From assembly GCA_934085565.1 (NCBI GenBank), contig CAKOHG010000005.1, positions 25,509 through 89,508 of the forward strand: 64,000 bases of DNA, written 5' to 3'. Positions within the stretch are counted from its first letter, which is position 1, and each line of letters starts with the position of its first letter. Shown here piece after piece: positions 57,643 through 64,000 of the stretch. The stretch is from an uncultured Bacilli bacterium. GTDB taxonomy: Bacteria; Bacillota_I; Bacilli_A; RF39; UBA660. The notes under the pieces are model-generated. The model was given only the letters and a program-made list of their open reading frames with translations, had not been told where the DNA came from and searched no databases. The position numbers and the translations under genes were made by a program.

Positions 57643-59265
57643 ATGGATAAAACTTTAATTTTTGGTCATAGAAACCCTGATACAGATACCGTTTGTTCAG
57701 CCATTAGTTTAGCTTATTTAGAAAATAAACGTGGTGTGCATTCTGAAGCAAGAGTTTTAGGTCATATTAATAGAGAAACCGCTTTTGCTCTTAACCATTT
57801 TGGAGTAAAAGAACCAGAATATTTAAATAACGTAAAAGTACAACTTAGAAACGTACATTACAATAAAGGTGTTATGCTAGAAGAAAATGCTTCTTTAATT
57901 GAAGTTGTTGATTATATGCATGAAAAAAATTGTACGGCTGTACCTATTGTTGATAATGAAAAACACATTGCAGGTCTTATTACTTTAAAAGAGATTGCTA
58001 ATATTTTTGTTGAAAATTCAAAAGATCATTTATATACGAGTTATCAACATATTGTAGATGCTTTAAAAGGTAAAGAAATTTTACATTTCCATGATGAATT
58101 TAATGGTAAGTTATATGCTGGAAGTTATCAAAGTCAAACTTTTATTGAAAAAGTAGAGTTTACACCAAGTGATATTTTAATTGTTGGTGACCGTTATAAA
58201 GTAGTTGAACACGCGATTAAAAGTGGTATTAGTTTAATTGTTTTAACGGGTAATTTAGAACTTGATGAAACTTTATTAAACGAAGCTCGCGAAAAAAGAG
58301 TAAGTATTATTTCTAGTTCTTATGATACTTATAATACTTGCAATAAGATTGCTTTAAGTAATTATGTAAAATCACTTGATTTAAATAAGACACCATCTGT
58401 TGTTTATGATCAAGATTATCTTACGGACTTTACAGCTATGGCTCAGAAACTAGGTCATACCAACTATCCTATTTTAAACAAAAAAGAAGAAGTTTTAGGT
58501 TTGATTAGAGTTACCGACACTGGTAAATACGACAAGAAAAATGTTATTTTAGTAGACCATAATAGTTTAGAGCAAAGTGTTTCTGGTATTGATGAAGCAA
58601 GTATTGTGGAAATTATTGATCATCATAACTTAGGAGCGATTGGTACTTCTATTCCTATTAATGTTCGTTGTATGCCAGTTGGTTGTACTTGTACGATTCT
58701 TTATCAATTATATCAAGAATATAATGTTAATATTCCAAAAGAAATGGCTGGTTTAATGTTATCTGCTATTTTATCAGATACTTTAATTTTAAAGAGTCCA
58801 ACAACTACAGATATGGATCGTAAAGCTGTTTTAGAACTTTCTAAAATTTGTGATGAAAACTATGAAGAATATGGTTACCAAATGTTAAAAGCAGGTAGCA
58901 GTATTGCCGGCATGAGTGTCGAAGACGTTATCTATCAAGATTTTAAATCTTATAAAATTGGTAACGATACTTTAGGTATTAGTCAAATTATTACTATGGA
59001 TTTTGATAATATCAAAGAGAACATGAATGATTATGTTACTAAATTAGATGAACTTTCTAAAAATGACTATGCTGCAGTTACTGTTTTCATTACAGATATT
59101 GTTAAAAATGGTTCTTATGTTTTATATAACACGAATGCCAAACATATTGTTGAAGACAGTTTTGACTTAGAAGATGTTGAAGAAGGAACATTTATTAAAG
59201 ATTTAGTTTCACGTAAAAAACAAATGCTTCCTAAATTAATGGAATCATTTGAAAGAAATAATTAA
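57643..59265 (+). CDS. ppaC: CBS-domain-containing family II (DHH/DHHA2) inorganic pyrophosphatase
   Basis: FGHRNPDTDTVCSAISLAYL, DHHN, a CBS pair inserted after the DHH domain, DHHA2 at the C-terminus. 540 aa. Confidence 0.8.
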   Translation: MDKTLIFGHRNPDTDTVCSAISLAYLENKRGVHSEARVLGHINRETAFALNHFGVKEPEYLNNVKVQLRNVHYNKGVMLEENASLIEVVDYMHEKNCTAVPIVDNEKHIAGLITLKEIANIFVENSKDHLYTSYQHIVDALKGKEILHFHDEFNGKLYAGSYQSQTFIEKVEFTPSDILIVGDRYKVVEHAIKSGISLIVLTGNLELDETLLNEAREKRVSIISSSYDTYNTCNKIALSNYVKSLDLNKTPSVVYDQDYLTDFTAMAQKLGHTNYPILNKKEEVLGLIRVTDTGKYDKKNVILVDHNSLEQSVSGIDEASIVEIIDHHNLGAIGTSIPINVRCMPVGCTCTILYQLYQEYNVNIPKEMAGLMLSAILSDTLILKSPTTTDMDRKAVLELSKICDENYEEYGYQMLKAGSSIAGMSVEDVIYQDFKSYKIGNDTLGISQIITMDFDNIKENMNDYVTKLDELSKNDYAAVTVFITDIVKNGSYVLYNTNAKHIVEDSFDLEDVEEGTFIKDLVSRKKQMLPKLMESFERNN

Positions 59266-59342
59266 GAAAGGTGTTAAGCTTTTCTTTTTTTGTTTTAAAA
59301 ATTATTCATTTTTGGTATCCTAATAATAGGAGAGTGATAATA

Positions 59343-60095
59343 GTGAAAGCATTAATAACAGGAGCTTCATCTGGCATAGGTCGTGACATGGCTCGTTATT
59401 TAGATAGTAAAAAAATTGATTTAATATTAGTGGCTAGAGATAAAGAAAATCTTTTAAAATTAAAACATGAATTGTCGGTTAATATTGAAGTTTTAACGTA
59501 TGATTTGACAGTAAAAGAAAATGTATATGAACTTTATGAACAAGTAAAAAATGAAAATATAGATATTTTAATTAACAATGCCGGATTCGGTTTATTTGGA
59601 GAGTTTAGTGAAACTAATTTAGATAGAGAACTCGAAATGATTAATTTAAATGTGGTAGCGTATCATATTTTAACAAAACTTTTTTTACAAGATTTTATTA
59701 AAAAGGACCAAGGTTATATTTTAAATGTTTGTTCTAGTGCTGGTTTTTTACCCGGTCCAAGATTATCTACTTATTACGCTACTAAAAATTATGTTTTAAA
59801 GCTTACAATGGCTATTTATGAGGAATTAAGAAAAAGTAAAAGTCATGTTTCTATAAGTGCTTTATGTCCTGGTCCTGTCGATACAAACTTTAATAAAGTT
59901 GCTCAGGGTAAATTTAGTATTAAAGGAGCCAATAGTTATGAAGTAGCTAAATATGGTATTGATAAAATGTTTCAAAGAAAACTACTTATTGTTCCAACTT
60001 TAAAAATGAAAATAGGTTTATTTTTCAGTCGTTTTTTTCCTTATAAGTTACTCCTTAAAATTATTTATCAAATTCAATATCGTAAAACAAGATAA
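59343..60095 (+). CDS. short-chain dehydrogenase/reductase
   Basis: TGASSGIG, NNAG, and the YxxxK catalytic motif (YYATKNY). GTG start behind AGGAGAG. Confidence 0.75.
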   Translation: MKALITGASSGIGRDMARYLDSKKIDLILVARDKENLLKLKHELSVNIEVLTYDLTVKENVYELYEQVKNENIDILINNAGFGLFGEFSETNLDRELEMINLNVVAYHILTKLFLQDFIKKDQGYILNVCSSAGFLPGPRLSTYYATKNYVLKLTMAIYEELRKSKSHVSISALCPGPVDTNFNKVAQGKFSIKGANSYEVAKYGIDKMFQRKLLIVPTLKMKIGLFFSRFFPYKLLLKIIYQIQYRKTR

Positions 60096-60196
60096 TTAAT
60101 TTTAATTGATAAGTGGAAAATATCATTGCTTTTCACCAGAAATTATCAGATGATGATAAAAAGTAGTAAAAATATGATAATTACATTGTTTTAAGA

Positions 60197-60220
60197 AGAG
60201 TTTTCTAAAACTCTTTTTTG
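60197..60220 (+). terminator. terminator after the SDR gene
   Basis: AGAGTTTT / AAAACTCT followed by TTTTTT. Confidence 0.5.
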
Positions 60221-60314
60221 TTGCTATCAAAACAAATGTATGCTATATTAATTTTGCAAATAATTTTATAGATTTGTGGTAGAATAATTAACAAAAAAGG
60301 AAGTGTTTGTATTT

Positions 60315-63125
60315 ATGAATGACAAAATAATTGTAAAAGGTGCTAGAGAAAATAATTTAAAAAATGTGGATATTGAACTTCCCAAAAATAAACTTATTGT
60401 TATGACAGGGGTATCTGGAAGTGGTAAAAGTAGTTTGGCTTTCGATACTATTTTTGCAGAAGGTCAAAGAAGATATGTAGAAAGTTTATCGGCATATGCT
60501 CGGCAATTTATTGGCGGAGTTGAAAAACCAGATGTGGATTCTATCGAAGGCTTATCTCCAAGTATTTCTATTGATCAAAAAACAACCAATAAAAATCCTC
60601 GTAGTACTGTTGGAACGATTACAGAAATATATGATTTCTTACGTCTTTTATTTGCACGTATTGGTACACCTTATTGCCCAAATCATCATATTCCTATTAA
60701 AAGCCAAAGTATTGATGAAATGACAGATAAAATTATGGATTTAGAAGATGGAACAAAGTTAGAAATTTTAGCTCCTGTTATTCATGGGGAAAAAGGCACT
60801 CAAAAAGATTTATTAGAAACCTTAAAAGAACAAGGCTATACCAGAGTAAAAATAGATGGTGAAAATTATTCCTTAGAAGATATTATTACTTTAGAGAAAA
60901 ATAAAAAACATAATATTGATGTGGTTGTTGACCGTGTGGTGGTAAGAGGAGAAGAACGTAGTCGTATTTTTGAATCTATTGAAAATAGTACCCATTTAGC
61001 TGAAGGAAAAGTTGTTTTTCATATTATCGGTGGCGAAGATATTTTAATGAGTGAAAATTATGCCTGCCCAGAGTGTAATTTTTCTATTCCAGAACTAGAA
61101 CCACGTTTATTTTCTTTCAATAGTCCTTATGGAGCTTGTCCTGAATGTAAAGGACTTGGAACCAAATTAAAGATTAGTGAAGATTTAATTATTCCTAATA
61201 AAGATAAATCTTTAAATGAAGGAGCTATTGTCGCTTATAATATTGATAATAATATTCATAATACAACCATTGAAGCCATTTGTAAAAAATACGATATTGA
61301 TATGAATGCTCCTATCAAAGATATTCCAAGAGATAAATTAAATATTATTTTACATGGTACCACAGAGCCTATTGAAATTAAATATGTTTCTAAAACAGGA
61401 AATGTTCGTTATACCAATGATTATTATGAAGGTGTTGTTCCAAATCTTGAAAGACGTTATATGGAAACTTCTAGTGCTTGGATTCGTGATTGGTTAGAAG
61501 GCTTTATGGTCGAGACAGATTGTTCTTTATGTCATGGTACAAGGCTTCAAAAAAGCGTTTTATCTATCTATATTAATAAAAAGAATATTTATGATATGAC
61601 CATCATGAGTATCAAAGAATTAAGAGATTTTTTAAGAGGTTTAAAACTTACCAAAGAACAAGAAAATATTAGTCATTTACTTTTAACAGAAATTGACAAT
61701 CGTTTGACATTTTTAGTTAACGTTGGTTTGGAGTATTTAAGTTTACATCGTAACGCGGGTACTCTTTCTGGAGGAGAATCGCAACGTATTCGTTTAGCAA
61801 CGCAAATTGGTAGTAAATTATCCGGTGTCTTATATGTTTTAGACGAACCAAGTATTGGCTTACATCAAAAAGATAATGAAAAACTAATTCGTTCTTTACA
61901 GGAAATGCGTGATTTAGGCAATACTTTAATTGTCGTAGAACATGACGAAGATACCATGAGAGCAGCTGATTACTTAGTTGATATTGGTCCTGGTGCGGGT
62001 GAAAATGGTGGAACGGTTGTGGCAGCTGGCACACCAGAAGAAGTTATGAAAAATAAAAATTCTTTAACGGGTAGATATTTAGCAGGTACAGAAAAAATAG
62101 AAGTTCCTAAAAAAAGAAGAAAAGGTAATGGTAAGTACTTAGAAGTGGTAAAAGCTTCGCAAAATAATTTAAAGAAAATAAATGTTAAATTCCCTTTAGG
62201 AAAATTTATATGTGTTACCGGTGTATCTGGAAGTGGTAAAAGTACCCTTGTTAATGAAATTCTTTGTAAAACGATTGCTAATAAATTATATCGCTCTAAA
62301 GAAATACCTGGTGCTTGCAAAGAAGTAAAAGGAATTGAAAATTTAGATAAGCTAGTTGTCATTACGCAAGATGCGATTGGAAGAACACCAAGAAGTAACC
62401 CCGCTACTTATGTTGGTGTCTTTGATGATATTAGAGATTTGTTTGCTAACACGAAAGAAAGTAAAATGCATGGCTATGATAAAGGAAGATTTTCTTTCAA
62501 TGTTAAAGGTGGTCGTTGTGAAGCCTGCTGGGGTGATGGTGTCAAAAAAATAGAAATGCATTTTTTACCAGATGTTTATGTTCCTTGTGATGTTTGTCAT
62601 GGTAAACGTTATAATAAAGAAACTCTTGAAATAAAATTCAAAGGGAAAACCATTAGTGATGTCTTAGACATGCGTGTCAGTGAAGCGGTTAAGTTTTTTG
62701 AAAATGTTCCTAAAATTAAAAGAAAATTGGATGTTTTAATGGATGTTGGTCTTTCTTATATCACATTAGGCCAAAGTGCTCCAACTTTATCAGGTGGAGA
62801 AGCAGGGCGTGTAAAACTTGCTAAAGAACTTCAAAAGAAGGCAACAGGTAAAAGTTTATTTGTGTTAGATGAACCAACGACAGGACTTCATTCTGAAGAT
62901 ATTAAAAAACTTTTAGCTATTTTAAATCGAATCGTGGATAATGGTGATACTGTCTTAGTTATTGAACATAATATGGATGTTATTAAAGTTGCCGATCATG
63001 TTATCGATTTAGGACCAGATGGTGGTGTTGGTGGTGGAACGGTTGTAGCAACAGGAACACCAGAAGAAGTAAGCAAAGTACCTGGTTCTTATACCGGTGA
63101 ATGGTTAAAGAAATACTTAAAATAA
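60315..63125 (+). CDS. uvrA: excinuclease ABC subunit A
   Basis: Two ABC ATPase modules (GVSGSGKSS, LSGGE), zinc-finger Cys clusters, about 937 aa. Confidence 0.95.
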   Translation: MNDKIIVKGARENNLKNVDIELPKNKLIVMTGVSGSGKSSLAFDTIFAEGQRRYVESLSAYARQFIGGVEKPDVDSIEGLSPSISIDQKTTNKNPRSTVGTITEIYDFLRLLFARIGTPYCPNHHIPIKSQSIDEMTDKIMDLEDGTKLEILAPVIHGEKGTQKDLLETLKEQGYTRVKIDGENYSLEDIITLEKNKKHNIDVVVDRVVVRGEERSRIFESIENSTHLAEGKVVFHIIGGEDILMSENYACPECNFSIPELEPRLFSFNSPYGACPECKGLGTKLKISEDLIIPNKDKSLNEGAIVAYNIDNNIHNTTIEAICKKYDIDMNAPIKDIPRDKLNIILHGTTEPIEIKYVSKTGNVRYTNDYYEGVVPNLERRYMETSSAWIRDWLEGFMVETDCSLCHGTRLQKSVLSIYINKKNIYDMTIMSIKELRDFLRGLKLTKEQENISHLLLTEIDNRLTFLVNVGLEYLSLHRNAGTLSGGESQRIRLATQIGSKLSGVLYVLDEPSIGLHQKDNEKLIRSLQEMRDLGNTLIVVEHDEDTMRAADYLVDIGPGAGENGGTVVAAGTPEEVMKNKNSLTGRYLAGTEKIEVPKKRRKGNGKYLEVVKASQNNLKKINVKFPLGKFICVTGVSGSGKSTLVNEILCKTIANKLYRSKEIPGACKEVKGIENLDKLVVITQDAIGRTPRSNPATYVGVFDDIRDLFANTKESKMHGYDKGRFSFNVKGGRCEACWGDGVKKIEMHFLPDVYVPCDVCHGKRYNKETLEIKFKGKTISDVLDMRVSEAVKFFENVPKIKRKLDVLMDVGLSYITLGQSAPTLSGGEAGRVKLAKELQKKATGKSLFVLDEPTTGLHSEDIKKLLAILNRIVDNGDTVLVIEHNMDVIKVADHVIDLGPDGGVGGGTVVATGTPEEVSKVPGSYTGEWLKKYLK

Positions 63126-63145
63126 ATAAAGGATGGGGGTAAAAT

Positions 63146-64000
63146 ATGGAAAATTTTGGTTCAAATTTAGATAATGAAAAAATAATTCAAACAGACGGAT
63201 TTTATAGTTCATTATCTGATTTTAAGAGATTTTTGTTATTTGTATTAAATCAATATTTAATTGAGGACGATACCTTTAAAATGTATTATGATCCAAAAAC
63301 AGGCAAATTTATTAAAGATGAGTTGTATAAATCTCCTTACAAAAAAATTGTGATGGATAGGATTAATTTAAAAAATATAGTTTTTTGTAAAGCAGGATTT
63401 GCTTATACTGAAGATAATACAGAGTTTGCAATTGTTTCTCCAGAATATTTTATGATACATTTACTTGATGATGTTAAAAAATCAAGTACGGAATTATATA
63501 GGGTATTTTTAAATTTTCAACAAAAATATGGTAATGAAGTATTAGATAATTTAAGTTTTAAAAAAATTCATGATAATTTATATAATAAATATAGAAGTGA
63601 ATCAGAAAAAACAAAAGGATTATATAGGCTAACGGATGATTATTCTGTAACCTACTTACGGGCAATTATACTATTAAAGCAAATTGAGTCGACAATTGAT
63701 GATGTTGAAGCTAGATTGTTGGATTATTTCACCGATGATTTTGATGAATGGAGCGATGAGCGCTATAAAAAAGTGGAACTGGAAATAGCAAAAAAACTCA
63801 ATAGTACTCCACGAAATGACAGGGAAGAAACCATCAATGGCGTTAGAACTCACTATATAGATCAGGACTATTTAAAACTAGAAGATGAAATGCAAACGCT
63901 AAGGGAAAAGGAAGCCAAAAATGCTTTTGATAGATATCGAAAAAAGTTTGCTGAAAAACAAAAAATTGCCGGATCTGAATTACTAAGAATTCTTGAACAT
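63146..64000 (+). CDS. hypothetical protein, 3' end outside the window
   Basis: Open frame of at least 285 codons from the ATG behind AAAGGATGGGGG, 21 nt after uvrA. No recognisable domain. Local GC appears above the window average. Confidence 0.45.
   Translation, partial: MENFGSNLDNEKIIQTDGFYSSLSDFKRFLLFVLNQYLIEDDTFKMYYDPKTGKFIKDELYKSPYKKIVMDRINLKNIVFCKAGFAYTEDNTEFAIVSPEYFMIHLLDDVKKSSTELYRVFLNFQQKYGNEVLDNLSFKKIHDNLYNKYRSESEKTKGLYRLTDDYSVTYLRAIILLKQIESTIDDVEARLLDYFTDDFDEWSDERYKKVELEIAKKLNSTPRNDREETINGVRTHYIDQDYLKLEDEMQTLREKEAKNAFDRYRKKFAEKQKIAGSELLRILEH

Noticed and set aside
60496-60723. ORF 60496-60723 inside uvrA
   Set aside because: Off-frame within uvrA.
61717-62561. ORFs 61717-62034, 61970-62362, 62352-62561 and 62356-62553 inside uvrA
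   Set aside because: All are antisense or off-frame within the highly conserved uvrA coding sequence, with Pro/Leu-rich nonsense translations.
1-64000. CRISPR arrays or cas genes
   Set aside because: No regularly spaced identical direct repeats of 24-48 nt with unique spacers were seen. The only tandem repeats are the 11-nt units at 7898-7960 and the 1-kb gene duplication.

Overview
This is a very AT-rich Bacillota-type chromosomal segment (standard genetic code, ORFs dense on both strands) that is mostly housekeeping. Core genes are the 3' end of recG, tex, asnB, a PAP2 phosphatase, a YtxH-like protein, leuS and aspS (each behind a T-box leader), tRNA-His and tRNA-Asn, mtnN, a PGM/PMM-family mutase, a spoVID-like/ysxE-like spore-coat pair, a type IV pilin-like gene, nfo, a PBP2-type transpeptidase, an OmpR-type response regulator with its histidine kinase, dusB, a TetR regulator with an MMPL transporter, CadC/CadA, an ABC exporter, a polysaccharide deacetylase, hemolysin III, a CBS-containing family II pyrophosphatase, an SDR and uvrA. 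Unusual or accessory content is listed next. Four Rpn/YhgA-like PD-(D/E)XK nuclease (transposase_31) genes are present, one solo and three in a roughly 1-kb tandem duplication array (two full copies and a 3' fragment). A conserved 38-40 nt element plus hairpin sits immediately upstream of five ORFs, four of them PD-(D/E)XK-family genes, including a truncated YhcG/DUF1016 fragment. The MMPL transporter is fused in frame to a YhgE/Pip-like coiled-coil exoprotein that carries its own internal SD, ATG and signal peptide. A small alarmone synthetase (RelQ/RelP type) is split by a frameshift. An orphan gene carries a cholera-toxin-like LYRA...WISTS ADP-ribosyltransferase signature. A standalone ClpB-D1-like AAA+ ATPase is co-oriented with a DapB-like oxidoreductase. 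A DUF2130 Zn-ribbon/coiled-coil protein is present. No CRISPR array, rRNA or recognisable prophage was seen. All domain assignments are from reading motifs by eye; none were checked against a database.
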